Of a stretch of 64,000 nt of DNA, positions 39,477 through 49,831 are shown piece by piece; position 1 is the first letter of the stretch; the number at the start of each line of letters is the position of its first letter. The notes below the pieces were generated by a model, which was not told the DNA's origin, searched no databases, and worked only from the letters and a program-made list of their open reading frames with translations. The DNA lies in contig DZAZ01000002.1 in the NCBI GenBank assembly GCA_022729755.1, forward strand, positions 1,926-65,925. Reading direction: 5' to 3'. The stretch is from Helicobacter cetorum (GTDB lineage: Bacteria > Campylobacterota > Campylobacteria > Campylobacterales > BB28). Position numbers and translations under genes: made by a program.

Positions 39477-40708
39477 AACATTTCCTTTATCTTCTCCCCT
39501 ATTTTTTCAGCCATAAGAGGAGGTACAGCATTTCCTATTTGTTTAAATATAAAAGTTCTAGGTCCTTCAAAATAGAAGTCATCAGGAAAAGATTGAACTC
39601 TTGAAGCCTCTCTAATTGAGAGTGAGCGGAGTTGATTAATGTCAGGATGAATGTAGTAGTGTCCATCCATTGCAATGTGTGCTAACATCGTATGAGTTGC
39701 CTCTAAATCAGCTTTTACAACATTAAAACGATTTACAAAAGTTTCTATATTTTTATGCTTTCTTAATCTTTCTGGTAACTCATCATATCTTAATCTCTTT
39801 TTTTTTCTATTCCATAACTCTATCGCTATTTCATAAATTTTTCTATCATTATCATTGTGCGGTCTAGTTTCGTGTTGAGTTAAAATATTAAAATCTTTTT
39901 CTCTAATTTTACTAAAGATTAAATACTCATTTGAATTTTTTTTATATCTATTTTTACCCTCTATTTTACTGCCTGGTTCAACTTCTGGTAAATCATTTAG
40001 TATTTTTTCTACTTTTGTATCTTTTGGTAAATTAACTTTTTCAAAAGTTGGATAACTTAATTTTAACTCTTTTTTCCAACCAATAATAATAACTCTCTTT
40101 CTATTTTGTAACACTCCAAAATCAAAAGAGTTTAAAATTTTAAACTCAAATTCATATCCAACTTCTCTTATCTCTTTTTGTAAATCTTCAAAATATTTTC
40201 CATTTGAAGCACTCAAAAGTCCTGGTACATTTTCAAATACAAACATTTTAGGTTTAAAATCTCTTAAAAATTTTACATAGTGTTTATATAAAGTATTTCG
40301 CTCATCATTAACAACTCTATCTTTCATTCTAGCTCTACCAATTACAGAGTAAGCTTGACAAGGAGGACCACCTATGATTACATCTACTTTTTTACTTATC
40401 TCTTTTAAATTTTTATCTATTTTATTTTTTATCTCTCCATAATTACTATTTGATATAAATTCATTAATAACTAAATCTTTATTACTAAATACATTGTTTA
40501 AAAACTCTTCTCTATCTATCTTTTTTTCTAAGTAATTGTGATATGTTTTTAATTTTTTTTGTTTTTTTAATTCCCAGTAAGCTGTTCTTGTTGAGAGTGT
40601 GTCACAAGCATATTTATCTGCTTCTATGTGTCCAATAAAAGTAGCTCCATTTCGCCAAAAGCCTTCACTTAGTCCTCCAGCACCTGAAAAAAGGTCTAAA
40701 ACAACCAT
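39470..40708 (-). CDS. dcm: DNA (cytosine-5)-methyltransferase
   Basis: Motif I DLFSGAGGLSEGF, motif IV GGPPCQAYS, motif VI ENVPGL, motif VIII QNRKRVIIIG and motif X QIGNAVPP. Confidence 0.9.
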   Translation of the reverse strand: MVVLDLFSGAGGLSEGFWRNGATFIGHIEADKYACDTLSTRTAYWELKKQKKLKTYHNYLEKKIDREEFLNNVFSNKDLVINEFISNSNYGEIKNKIDKNLKEISKKVDVIIGGPPCQAYSVIGRARMKDRVVNDERNTLYKHYVKFLRDFKPKMFVFENVPGLLSASNGKYFEDLQKEIREVGYEFEFKILNSFDFGVLQNRKRVIIIGWKKELKLSYPTFEKVNLPKDTKVEKILNDLPEVEPGSKIEGKNRYKKNSNEYLIFSKIREKDFNILTQHETRPHNDNDRKIYEIAIELWNRKKKRLRYDELPERLRKHKNIETFVNRFNVVKADLEATHTMLAHIAMDGHYYIHPDINQLRSLSIREASRVQSFPDDFYFEGPRTFIFKQIGNAVPPLMAEKIGEKIKEMLC

Positions 40709-40871
40709 TTTTTGCTCCTAAAATGTCAAGTTCATATCTATAATTAGAAAAATTATTTGAACTTCCACTGAAAGTTTTAATATTAATTTCAAAAATTTTA
40801 TTACCTTTATTGTACCATATTTTCATAGCTTCCATCGAAATTTTCTTTTACTGAAAGTGATAAAATTTTTA

Positions 40872-40887
40872 TGGAATGTTTTTTGCT
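40872..40887 (+). promoter_or_regulatory. Sigma54 (RpoN)-type promoter upstream of fliK-flgD-flgE-like
   Basis: TGGAAT-GTTTT-TTGCT has the exact -24 GG / -12 GC spacing of TGGCAC-N5-TTGCW. It lies 35 nt upstream of the fliK ATG. Confidence 0.55.
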
Positions 40888-40920
40888 TTTTAGAAATTAA
40901 ACTTTCTAAAAGGTCATATT

Positions 40921-42162
40921 ATGACAAATGTTTTAAATTTAAACCCTCAAAATTCAGAAGTTGAAAAAGTCCCATCTAAAGGCAAGATTGGTAAAAATGA
41001 AAAGGATGAGCCTCAATTTAGTTTTTTATCGATTATGCAACTTCAATTAGATAAGTTAAATCTCAATGAAAATAGCGAAAATACGGATTTAACTAAAGAA
41101 AAAAGTAAAAAAAGTGTAAATTTAACTAATTTAAATAATTTATCATTGCTTGGTAAAAATAAATTAAATGTTGAGTTAAAAAATGTAGAAAATTTAAACG
41201 AGTTAAAAAGTGCAAAAAATTTGCAAGATTTGGTTAAAGTGGCAAATCAAAAAGGTTTGAATATTGAAAAAATTGATATTCAAAGTGTAAAAGATACTAA
41301 CTCTAAAAGCATCGATACTACGACAACTACCACTATTACAACTGCTAATAATAAAATAGTTAATACTAAAAAAGTTGAAACAAGAATATTGGAAAAAGAG
41401 TTAAATTTAGAGTTAGATAATGAAAAGTTGACAATTTCACCTAAAATAAAAGAGGAAAAAATTGCTGAAAATAAAAATTTCATTGCAAACTCTAATTCTA
41501 TTGAAAAAGAGTCTCTAAAACAAAATATCGTAAATAACGGTTTTAGTTTAGAGTCTCTTTTACAAAAAGATGAAAATGTTGTGAATAAAAAACTCAAAAA
41601 AGATAAAGTTGTAACAGAGACTTTAGAGCAAAATAAATTAGAAAAGTTAGAAAATATTGAGAGTAAAAAAGATATTAGTCTTGATTTAAAACTTGATACA
41701 AACGGCAAAAGTTTAGCTGAAGTTGAAGTTAAAAATAAAATGGTGGAAGCAAAAAGTACGATAAATTCATTTGCAAATACCCTAAAAGAGCAAGTTGAAA
41801 ATTACAAACCTCCTATTATGAAACTTTCACTTAGCTTAAATCCAAAAGAGCTTGGGAATGTAGATGTAACTCTTATTTCAAGAGGAAACTCTATTCAAGT
41901 CAATTTAGCTTCAAATTCACAAGCGATGCAACTTTTTGCACAAAATGCGGCTGAATTTAAAAATGCACTTGCAAGTATTGGTTTTGAAAATGTGCAAATG
42001 AATTTTAATAGTAATGAACAAAGTGGGCAAAACAATCAAAACAACCAAAACGGGCAAAATCAGAGGGCTTTTAAATACTATAGTGACAATGATTTAAACT
42101 TTTCAGCACAAGAGTTAGAGAGTTTAAGTAGCATTGATTTAACAATACCATATTATGCTTAA
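40921..42162 (+). CDS. fliK: Flagellar hook-length control protein FliK
   Basis: Low-complexity, charged N-terminal two-thirds. The C-terminal Flg_hook domain reads LSLNPKELGNVDVTLISRGNSIQVNLASNSQAMQLF. It lies directly upstream of flgD. Confidence 0.65.
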   Translation: MTNVLNLNPQNSEVEKVPSKGKIGKNEKDEPQFSFLSIMQLQLDKLNLNENSENTDLTKEKSKKSVNLTNLNNLSLLGKNKLNVELKNVENLNELKSAKNLQDLVKVANQKGLNIEKIDIQSVKDTNSKSIDTTTTTTITTANNKIVNTKKVETRILEKELNLELDNEKLTISPKIKEEKIAENKNFIANSNSIEKESLKQNIVNNGFSLESLLQKDENVVNKKLKKDKVVTETLEQNKLEKLENIESKKDISLDLKLDTNGKSLAEVEVKNKMVEAKSTINSFANTLKEQVENYKPPIMKLSLSLNPKELGNVDVTLISRGNSIQVNLASNSQAMQLFAQNAAEFKNALASIGFENVQMNFNSNEQSGQNNQNNQNGQNQRAFKYYSDNDLNFSAQELESLSSIDLTIPYYA

Positions 42163-42172
42163 GGAGTAAAAA

Positions 42173-42826
42173 ATGGCAGTATCATCGGTAAATAATTCTT
42201 CTAGTGCAAAAGTTTATGAAAATCCAAATGCAAAACTGGGTTCACAAGAGTTTTTAAAACTATTTTTAGTGGAACTTCAATATCAAGACCCGACTGAACC
42301 TATGGATAATGAAAAGATTTTAACCCAAACATCGCAATTATCGACACTTGAAAATAACGATAAATTAGCAACTTCACTTCAAAGTGTTGTTAATAAATTG
42401 GAAGCAAATTCACAATATTCGATGATTTCAGCGATTGGAAAAACGGCAAATACGGGAGTAAATACTATAACTCTTGAAAATGGAAATAGTGCTAATTTTG
42501 GAATGTTGTTTAAAAATCCAATAGAAAGCGGAACTATAAAAATCACAGATTCTGATGGAAAAATTGTAAAAACAATTGATTTGGCTAATTATAAAGGCAT
42601 AGCAGGAAATATAAATTTATCTTGGGATGGAACTGATTTTAATGGTCAAAAAATGCCTGATGGTGAATACAAAATAGTGGCTGATTATGTAGATTCAGCT
42701 GGAGGATTAAATAGCATTAAACTGGGCGAATCTTTGGTTGAATCGGTTAAATTTGATGGTGGAAAAACTTATTTAAAAATTGGTTCAAACTATGTTTTAG
42801 CAAGTGATGTTAAGGAGATTTACTAA
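42173..42826 (+). CDS. flgD: Flagellar hook capping/assembly protein FlgD
   Basis: FLKLFLVELQYQDPTEPMD is the FlgD N-terminal signature. The C-terminus has a FLgD Ig/tudor-like domain (WDGTDFNGQKMPDGEY). Confidence 0.85.
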   Translation: MAVSSVNNSSSAKVYENPNAKLGSQEFLKLFLVELQYQDPTEPMDNEKILTQTSQLSTLENNDKLATSLQSVVNKLEANSQYSMISAIGKTANTGVNTITLENGNSANFGMLFKNPIESGTIKITDSDGKIVKTIDLANYKGIAGNINLSWDGTDFNGQKMPDGEYKIVADYVDSAGGLNSIKLGESLVESVKFDGGKTYLKIGSNYVLASDVKEIY

Positions 42827-44526
42827 TGATACAATCATTTTATAATGGATACTCTGGAGTTAAAACTCAACAATTTGGGGTTGATGCTTGGTCAAATAAT
42901 ATCGCAAATGTCAATACTAACGGATATCGTGCAAATATTCCAAGGTTTCAAAATGTTTTTACTGAAGCACTTGACCACGTAAATGCAAGTAATCCTTCAC
43001 CAATAGCAAATACTCAAGGCTTTGGAGTTACCGTTGGCTCAAATGCAATTGATACTTCAGTTGGTACATTAATAAATGCCGATGATAGCGATTTTAATAT
43101 GGCTTTAGGAAATTCTAATGGTTGGTTTGTTGTTGGTTCAGCTAATGAAAAATTTTATACAAGAAATGGAGCTTTTAATAGAGATGCAAGTGGAAATATA
43201 GTTAATAGCGATGGACAATTTTTATATGGAGTTAATTTAAATAAAATTGCAAATAACACAATTACACCAACTACAGACAGAAATAGTGATATAAGTGCCT
43301 TAAATTCAGCTACAACTATTAGTGCACCACTCGTAATTTCTGATGATTTGAGATACCCTGCAAAAGATACAACTATTGTAAATTCAAGTATAAATTTAAA
43401 TATCAGAGATTCGCTAAAATCAGCCGATACAACTTCACTTTTAGGTGCTAATTTAAATACTATTTATGGTGATGATGGAGTTAGTATTAAAACAGCTAAT
43501 GAACAAATAACTATAAATCAAATTGACCCTCAAAGTGGTGCTAAAACTCCGAGTGTAATCGATTTGACAAATATAAATACTCTTCAAGATTTAGTAGATA
43601 ATTCAAATGGTTTAATAACTTTAAATGGTACAAAGTTAAAATTTACAAATCCTAATGAAACTGACATAGAAATAGATTTTGAAAATAGTTCACAAAATAC
43701 ACTAAAAGCCTTAGGTATCACTTCAAGTAAAACTATTGGAAGTGGCAGTAGTTTGGATAGTAACGAATTAAAACTTTCACAAACAACTTTTTATGAAAAA
43801 ATTTATGATGTAAGTGGAAATGAATACAATTTAAAAAGTGAATACACTCTAAGCAATAGAACAAATGAAAATCAAACTTGGAGTGTAAAAAACGGAATTT
43901 ACGATGCTTCTGGAACTTTAGTTTCTGATGAAATAAAAGGCTTTATACAATTTGAAGGAAGTAGTGCAACTAATGTACCAAAACTTTTTGCTCAAGATGG
44001 TACAACTGAAGTACCATCTTTTAGTGTTAGTAATTTTAACGGCAAAACTATAACTTACAATCCAAAAGAGTTTACAGATATCTATGGAGTGAAACATAAT
44101 TCAACTAATATTTATTCAAATAGTGAACAACTTCAAACAGATAATAATGGAGTTAAAGATGGATATTTTAGTGATGCTTATATCGATAAAGATGGAATTA
44201 TAACTTTGAACTTTGATAATGGTAAAGGTGAAATTTTTGGAAGAGTTGGAGTTGCAAATTTTATAAATCCACAAGGTTTAGAAAAAATGGGTGGAAATTT
44301 ATTTAAAGAAACAACAAATAGTGGTGCTGAAAGTTTAAATTGGGATACAACAACAGGAAAATTAAAATCAACTAGTGTTGTTCAAGGTAAACTTGAAACA
44401 TCAAATGTAAGAATGGAAACAGCACTAACTCAATTGATGATAATGCAAAGAGCATATTCAGCTTCAACAAAATCAATTACAACGGCTGATGATATGGTAA
44501 AAGAAGCAATTGGACTTAAAAGATAG
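42826..44526 (+). CDS. Flagellar hook protein FlgE paralog (FlgE2-like)
   Basis: Flg_bb_rod N-terminus (NNIANVNTNGYR) and conserved C-terminus (LETSNVRMETALTQLMIMQRAYSASTKSITTADDM). Confidence 0.7.
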   Translation: MIQSFYNGYSGVKTQQFGVDAWSNNIANVNTNGYRANIPRFQNVFTEALDHVNASNPSPIANTQGFGVTVGSNAIDTSVGTLINADDSDFNMALGNSNGWFVVGSANEKFYTRNGAFNRDASGNIVNSDGQFLYGVNLNKIANNTITPTTDRNSDISALNSATTISAPLVISDDLRYPAKDTTIVNSSINLNIRDSLKSADTTSLLGANLNTIYGDDGVSIKTANEQITINQIDPQSGAKTPSVIDLTNINTLQDLVDNSNGLITLNGTKLKFTNPNETDIEIDFENSSQNTLKALGITSSKTIGSGSSLDSNELKLSQTTFYEKIYDVSGNEYNLKSEYTLSNRTNENQTWSVKNGIYDASGTLVSDEIKGFIQFEGSSATNVPKLFAQDGTTEVPSFSVSNFNGKTITYNPKEFTDIYGVKHNSTNIYSNSEQLQTDNNGVKDGYFSDAYIDKDGIITLNFDNGKGEIFGRVGVANFINPQGLEKMGGNLFKETTNSGAESLNWDTTTGKLKSTSVVQGKLETSNVRMETALTQLMIMQRAYSASTKSITTADDMVKEAIGLKR

Positions 44527-44530
44527 AAAT

Positions 44531-44547
44531 TAGGAACGATTTTTGCT
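44531..44547 (+). promoter_or_regulatory. Sigma54 (RpoN)-type promoter upstream of flgE
   Basis: TAGGAAC-GATTT-TTGCT has the correct GG/GC spacing. It lies 46 nt upstream of the ATG at 44592, which is preceded by the RBS AAGGGAA. Confidence 0.55.
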
Positions 44548-44591
44548 TTTTTAATTTAAATAGTTTAAAATAAGAAAGAAAGGGAAAAGCG

Positions 44592-46154
44592 ATGGTTAGG
44601 TCAATGTATTCAGGGACACTTGGTTTACAAGCACACCAACTAGCGATGGACATTGAGGGGCATAATATTGCAAATGTAAATACAGTTGGTTTTAAGTATT
44701 CTCGTGCAAATTTTTCGGAAATGCTAAGTCAAACTATGAGAGGCTCTTCTGCACCTACGGGTGAAAAGGGTGGAACAAATGGGCTACAAGTTGGGCTTGG
44801 GGCTGAAGTTAATTCAAGTACAAAAATTTTTAAACAAGGTTCATTTCAAAAGACTGATAACAATACAGATTTAGCACTAGATGGCGATGGAATGTTTGTT
44901 GTTAGTAATGATGGAGGTAGAACTAATCAATACACAAGAGCTGGAAATTTTGATTTTGATGTGGCTGGAAATTTAGTTGACCCATCAGGAAATATTGTTC
45001 AAGGTTGGAATATCGATGCTAATTATGAGGTTGATAGCACAAAGCCAATCAGAGGAATTCAAATTAATCCAAAACTAAAAATTGGAGCAAAAGCTACTTC
45101 TTCAATTACTGCAAAAGGAAATTTAAACTCTGAAGAGAGTATTAAAACTCTTTTTAATTTAAAAGATGGCGAAACTGTTACGATTAATGGAACTAAATAC
45201 ACTTATACTGATAAAACAACACCAGGTACGGGTGAATTTAATACTGCTGACCAATTAGCAACTGCAATGAAAGCTACAATAGTTGATGGTAAATTTAAAA
45301 TTGCTAAAGTAGGTGATGTAACTTCAGTTTCAGGGGATAATGCGGATTTAGTAAATGCATTAACTCCACTAATGAGTGGAACTGAAAGTAAAAAAGTAGC
45401 TCCATATTATGCTATGAGTATAGATGTTTATGACTCACTTGGTGAAAAACATACAGTAAATGTTAAATTTACTAGAACTGTGGCCGCTGCAAGTCCTACA
45501 ACTGCTGGAGCTGCTGGAACTGCTACTACTCAAAATAGATGGAAAATGACAATTGAAGCACCAGTTCCAGTTACTATTGATGGTGCAAATGCCAATAGAC
45601 AAGTTGAGGGAACTGTAGCATTTAATTCAGATGGCTCAATTGCAAGTTTAACTCCACAAAGTTTTACAATGAATGCTAATAATGGTTCAGCTGGGGCTCA
45701 AAAAATTGCACTTAATTTTGGCTCAAAGTTTGATGGTTTAAGTTCATTTGCAAATATTAGTGATATTAGCGACCAAAATCAAAATGGATTTACGGGTGGA
45801 AATATAAAAGAAGTTAATGTTAATGGTAGTGGCTCAATTATTGGAACTTTTACAAGTGGTGAAACCATTGAATTAGGAAAAGTTGCAGTAGCACAATTTA
45901 GAAATAATGAAGGGCTTTCAAGCATTGGCTCAAATCTTTATGCATCAACTCCTAGTTCAGGAGACCCTACAATTGGTGTTGCTGGACGAAGTGGAAGAGC
46001 TGATATTGTAAGTTCAACTTTAGAGATGAGTAATGCTGATTTAAGTAAAAGTTTAACTCAATTAATAGTAATTCAAAGAGGTTATCAAGCTAACTCGAAA
46101 ACTATCACAACTGCCGATACAATGCTAGATACACTTATTCAAATTAAGAGATAG
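44592..46154 (+). CDS. flgE: Flagellar hook protein FlgE
   Basis: N-terminal HNIANVNTVGFK, and C-terminal LEMSNADLSKSLTQLIVIQRGYQANSKTITTADTM. Confidence 0.8.
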   Translation: MVRSMYSGTLGLQAHQLAMDIEGHNIANVNTVGFKYSRANFSEMLSQTMRGSSAPTGEKGGTNGLQVGLGAEVNSSTKIFKQGSFQKTDNNTDLALDGDGMFVVSNDGGRTNQYTRAGNFDFDVAGNLVDPSGNIVQGWNIDANYEVDSTKPIRGIQINPKLKIGAKATSSITAKGNLNSEESIKTLFNLKDGETVTINGTKYTYTDKTTPGTGEFNTADQLATAMKATIVDGKFKIAKVGDVTSVSGDNADLVNALTPLMSGTESKKVAPYYAMSIDVYDSLGEKHTVNVKFTRTVAAASPTTAGAAGTATTQNRWKMTIEAPVPVTIDGANANRQVEGTVAFNSDGSIASLTPQSFTMNANNGSAGAQKIALNFGSKFDGLSSFANISDISDQNQNGFTGGNIKEVNVNGSGSIIGTFTSGETIELGKVAVAQFRNNEGLSSIGSNLYASTPSSGDPTIGVAGRSGRADIVSSTLEMSNADLSKSLTQLIVIQRGYQANSKTITTADTMLDTLIQIKR

Positions 46155-46181
46155 TTAATATCTTTTAATTTTTTTACTCAC

Positions 46182-46889
46182 TCACTTATTAAAAATAAGC
46201 AAAGTTGAAATTCCAAAAGAAAAATCTTTTAAATAAATTGCTTCAAATCCGCAAGTTTTTAACTCTTGTACCATCATTTCTTTAGTTAAAAATCCATCGA
46301 TTGAATTTGGCAAATATTGATAAGCCTCTTTATTTCCTGAAATCAAACCTCCGATAAAAGGCAACATTTTTTTAGTATAAAAGTTTGTAAATTTTGAAAT
46401 AAATTTATTTTCGTCTTGTTTCATAAATTCAAGAATAATCAAAATTCCACCATTTTTTAATACTCTAAAAAATTCATTAAATGCTTTTTGCCTTTCAATC
46501 ACATTTCTAATCCCATACGTAATACTAATAATATCTACACTTTTATCTTCAAAAGGAAGTTTTATAGCTTCACCCTCTAAAAATTTAATATGAGAATACT
46601 TTTTTCTAGCAACTTCAAGCATTCCAATTGATGGGTCAACTCCTACAATATACTCGATTTGAATTGATTTAGCTTTTGCCATTTTTAGCCAAAATTCGCT
46701 CATATCACCCGTTCCACAAGCTACATCTACAACTCTTTGTATTTTATCTTTATTATATATTTTAAATGTCTCTTCACAAGCCTTTTTTCTCCAACTTTGG
46801 TCAACTCCAAAGCTTAAAAGTCTATTTGCAATATCATAAGTTGGAGCTATATTATTAAACATATTTATAATTTTTTCTTGTTTTTGCAC
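46182..46889 (-). CDS. ubiE: Demethylmenaquinone/ubiquinone methyltransferase
   Basis: FNNIAPTYDIANRLLSFGVDQSWR and SAM motif VVDVACGTGD. Confidence 0.8.
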   Translation of the reverse strand: MQKQEKIINMFNNIAPTYDIANRLLSFGVDQSWRKKACEETFKIYNKDKIQRVVDVACGTGDMSEFWLKMAKAKSIQIEYIVGVDPSIGMLEVARKKYSHIKFLEGEAIKLPFEDKSVDIISITYGIRNVIERQKAFNEFFRVLKNGGILIILEFMKQDENKFISKFTNFYTKKMLPFIGGLISGNKEAYQYLPNSIDGFLTKEMMVQELKTCGFEAIYLKDFSFGISTLLIFNK

Positions 46890-47713
46890 TAAAATTTCTC
46901 CCTATTTTTACTTAAATACATTAAATAAGTATAAAATATAATACAAACTAATATTATAAGTAGTGATAAAATTTGTCCCATTGTGAAATTACAACAGATA
47001 AAGCCCATTTGAAAATCAGGTTCTCTCCAAAATTCGGCAATAAATCTAGCCAAAGAGTAGCTAAAACCATAAATTAATATCAATTCACCTTGAAATTTTT
47101 TATAATTTCTATAAAAATAGATGATTAAAAATACTACAAAACCCTCTAAAAATGCTTCATAAAGTTGTGATGGATGTCTTAGTACTCCATCTACATATAT
47201 ACCAATTTGGCTAGTTGTCTCTCTTCCTACTAACTCTTGATTTAAAAAATTTCCAACTCTTCCAAAAACATAAGCTAAAGGAATACTTACCGCTACTAAA
47301 TCCATCAAAAATCCAAAAGAGTAATTGTATCTTTTGGTATAAATATAAGTTGCTAGTAAAAAGCCTATTAATGCCCCGTGATAACTCATTCCTCTAATTC
47401 CGACAAATTCGCCATTCATAAATGGATTAAACATTTGCCAAGGATGAGTTAAATAATAACTGCTATGTGGGTCATAAAATATAATATAACCTATTCTAGC
47501 TCCCAAAATTACACCGATTTCAACATAAATAAAATAGTTATCTAAATCTTTATTTGAGATTGCTAAGTTATCTTTTTTTACAATCAATTTTGCAATCATT
47601 AATGCACTAAATAAGGCTAAAACATACATTAATCCATACCAATGGATTTTTAAACCAAAAAGCTCGATTGCAACGGGGTCAAAATGATAGTATATATTAT
47701 TCCAAAACTCCAA
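46889..47713 (-). CDS. lgt: Prolipoprotein diacylglyceryl transferase
   Basis: Multi-TM protein with HWYGLMY and [13 protein letters not shown], the Lgt signature. Confidence 0.85.
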   Translation of the reverse strand: MEFWNNIYYHFDPVAIELFGLKIHWYGLMYVLALFSALMIAKLIVKKDNLAISNKDLDNYFIYVEIGVILGARIGYIIFYDPHSSYYLTHPWQMFNPFMNGEFVGIRGMSYHGALIGFLLATYIYTKRYNYSFGFLMDLVAVSIPLAYVFGRVGNFLNQELVGRETTSQIGIYVDGVLRHPSQLYEAFLEGFVVFLIIYFYRNYKKFQGELILIYGFSYSLARFIAEFWREPDFQMGFICCNFTMGQILSLLIILVCIIFYTYLMYLSKNREKF

Positions 47714-47715
47714 AA

Positions 47716-49050
47716 TTATGCCTTTTCTAAATATTTTCCATCAAAACAAGCTTTACAATAAATATCATTATTATCTATACTTTTAAGCAACCCTTCAATT
47801 GAAAGATAAGCAAGTGAGTCAGCCCCGATATGTTTACAAATCTCTTCATTACTCATTTTATTGCTAATTAATTCTTCTTTTGTCGGAGTATCCACACCAT
47901 AAAAACAAGGACAAATCGTAGGAGGAGAACTTATTCTCATATGTACCTCTTTTGCTCCAGCTTCACGGAGCATTCTTACAATTTGCTTACTTGTAGTACC
48001 TCTTACGATACTATCATCGATTACAACAAGTTTTTTACCTTGAATAAATTGTTTGATAGGTGAGAGTTTAAGTTTTACTTTGAGGTCTCGTATCTCTTGA
48101 GTTGGCTCGATAAAAGTTCTACCAATATAGTGATTTCTCACAATTCCAAGCTCAAAAGGAATTCCACTAGCTTTAGAGTATCCAAGTGCTGCGGCAACTC
48201 CACTATCTGGAACAGGTACAACCATATCAGCTTCAATCGGTAACTCTTTTGCAAGTTCAGCACCCATTCGCTCTCTTGCTTCATAGACACTTTTGCCAAA
48301 AAGATAACTATCAGGTCTTGCAAAATAAATATATTCAAATATACATTTATACGATTTTTCGGGCATAATTTGCATTGAAATAGGCTCTTTATTTTTTTCA
48401 AAAATTAAAAGTTCTCCAGCTTTCACATCTCTAATGTATTCAGCTCCAACTAAATCAAATGCACAAGTTTCACTAGCAACAACATATCCATCATTTAATT
48501 TTGCAATTGAAAGTGGTCTAAATCCGTAAGGGTCGCGAATTGCAAACATTTTGGTTCTACTTAAAATCACAAGCGAATAAGCCCCCTCCATTTTTTTTAC
48601 ACCATCAATTATTCTATCAAGTAGTTTATCTTCATCACTTTTTGCAATCAAATGAATTAAATTTTCTGTATCCATAAAGGTTTGAAAAATTGCACCTTTT
48701 TTAATCAATTTATTTCTAATTTCATCTTTATTTGTAAAATTACCATTATGAACAATGCTCATCTCACCCAAATCATATCTTGCAAAAACTGGTTGAGCAT
48801 CCAAAATCGAGTCATCTCCAGCCGTTGAATAGCGATTATGACCCACTGCCATATTTCCTTTTAAAGTAGCTAGTTTATTCTCTTTAAAAATACTCGTTAC
48901 AAGCCCTCTATCTTTGATAGTGTGAAGTCTATTCCCATCACTTGTACTAATTCCACTTGCTTCTTGACCTCGATGTTGCATAGAAAAAAGGCTAAAATAA
49001 GCAATTTTTCCCGCATCTTCAACATTAAAAACACCAACTACGGCACACAA
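47716..49050 (-). CDS. purF: Amidophosphoribosyltransferase
   Basis: N-terminal MCAVVG (Ntn Cys), HRGQEASGI, PRTase motif [12 protein letters not shown] and a C-terminal Cys cluster. Confidence 0.9.
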   Translation of the reverse strand: MCAVVGVFNVEDAGKIAYFSLFSMQHRGQEASGISTSDGNRLHTIKDRGLVTSIFKENKLATLKGNMAVGHNRYSTAGDDSILDAQPVFARYDLGEMSIVHNGNFTNKDEIRNKLIKKGAIFQTFMDTENLIHLIAKSDEDKLLDRIIDGVKKMEGAYSLVILSRTKMFAIRDPYGFRPLSIAKLNDGYVVASETCAFDLVGAEYIRDVKAGELLIFEKNKEPISMQIMPEKSYKCIFEYIYFARPDSYLFGKSVYEARERMGAELAKELPIEADMVVPVPDSGVAAALGYSKASGIPFELGIVRNHYIGRTFIEPTQEIRDLKVKLKLSPIKQFIQGKKLVVIDDSIVRGTTSKQIVRMLREAGAKEVHMRISSPPTICPCFYGVDTPTKEELISNKMSNEEICKHIGADSLAYLSIEGLLKSIDNNDIYCKACFDGKYLEKA

Positions 49051-49060
49051 ATTTTATCCT

Positions 49061-49831
49061 TTATATTCCTAAACAATCACTTATTGTATATAAACCACTC
49101 TCTTTATTTATAAGCCATTTAGCCGCTTTTATCGCTCCATTTGCAAATGTATCGCGACTTGTTGCTGTGTGACTTAATTCGATAAATTCGCCATCAGCAT
49201 AAAATCCAACTCTGTGAGAGCCAACAATATCGCCACCTCGCAAAGCAATAACAGCTATTTCATCTTCACCTCTTGCTCCAATATTACCATTTCTTCCACT
49301 TGTCATAACTTTTGAAAGTTCAAGCCCTCTGGCTTTTGCTACCGAAGTTGCTAAAGTTAAAGCTGTTCCACTTGGAGCATCTTTTTTATGTTTATGATGC
49401 ATTTCCACAATTTCGCAATTAAAATCTCTTAAACTTCTTGAAGAAATTTCCACTAACTTGTTTAAAAGTGCAACACCTAAAGACATATTAGTTGCATATA
49501 AAATAGGCATTTTTGTGCTTGCCTCTTTGATTAAATTTTGTTGATGTTCATTTAATCCAGTTGTACCGATTACAATTGGTTTTGGATGGTTTTCAATTGC
49601 ATTTTCTAGCAATGTTTCCATCGCTTCAGGAAGTGAAAAATCAATTACGACATCACTTGAGTCTAAAAAAGTTATAAAATCATTAGTTACTAAAGTTTCA
49701 GGTTCTAGCGAAAAATCAAGCTCATTTCTAACAAAAACCGTTCCTACTCTTGCATCTTTATCATTTTTTAAATTTTCAACTATTAATTTTCCAACTCTAC
49801 CACTAGCTCCAAATACTCCTACTCTTATCAT
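49061..49831 (-). CDS. dapB: 4-hydroxy-tetrahydrodipicolinate reductase
   Basis: [11 protein letters not shown](P) motif and E(M)[13 protein letters not shown] catalytic motif. Confidence 0.85.
   Translation of the reverse strand: MIRVGVFGASGRVGKLIVENLKNDKDARVGTVFVRNELDFSLEPETLVTNDFITFLDSSDVVIDFSLPEAMETLLENAIENHPKPIVIGTTGLNEHQQNLIKEASTKMPILYATNMSLGVALLNKLVEISSRSLRDFNCEIVEMHHKHKKDAPSGTALTLATSVAKARGLELSKVMTSGRNGNIGARGEDEIAVIALRGGDIVGSHRVGFYADGEFIELSHTATSRDTFANGAIKAAKWLINKESGLYTISDCLGI

Noticed and set aside
39798-39806. A9/T9 homopolymer inside dcm (coding KKK) as a phase-variation switch for the methyltransferase operon.
   Set aside because: A/T runs of 8-9 nt are frequent in this genome, for example in miaB at ~2563-2571 and elsewhere in dcm. 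Lys-rich stretches explain them. Without population-level length variation there is no basis for calling this a contingency locus.
35764-40764. Possible degenerate direct repeats flanking the dcm operon: atgtcaa ... ttgaactt at 35764-35828 and again at 40723-40764.
   Set aside because: The matches are only 7-8 nt with different spacing (57 vs 34 nt). Such matches are expected by chance in AT-rich intergenic DNA, so they are not sufficient to call att sites or target duplications.
40709-40920. A cobalamin riboswitch or other riboswitch in intergenic regions near cobalamin genes and upstream of the flagellar or dcm operons (ccactg resembles part of a B12 box).
   Set aside because: No extended B12-box, no GC-rich paired elements and insufficient length. 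The isolated hexamer match is not meaningful.
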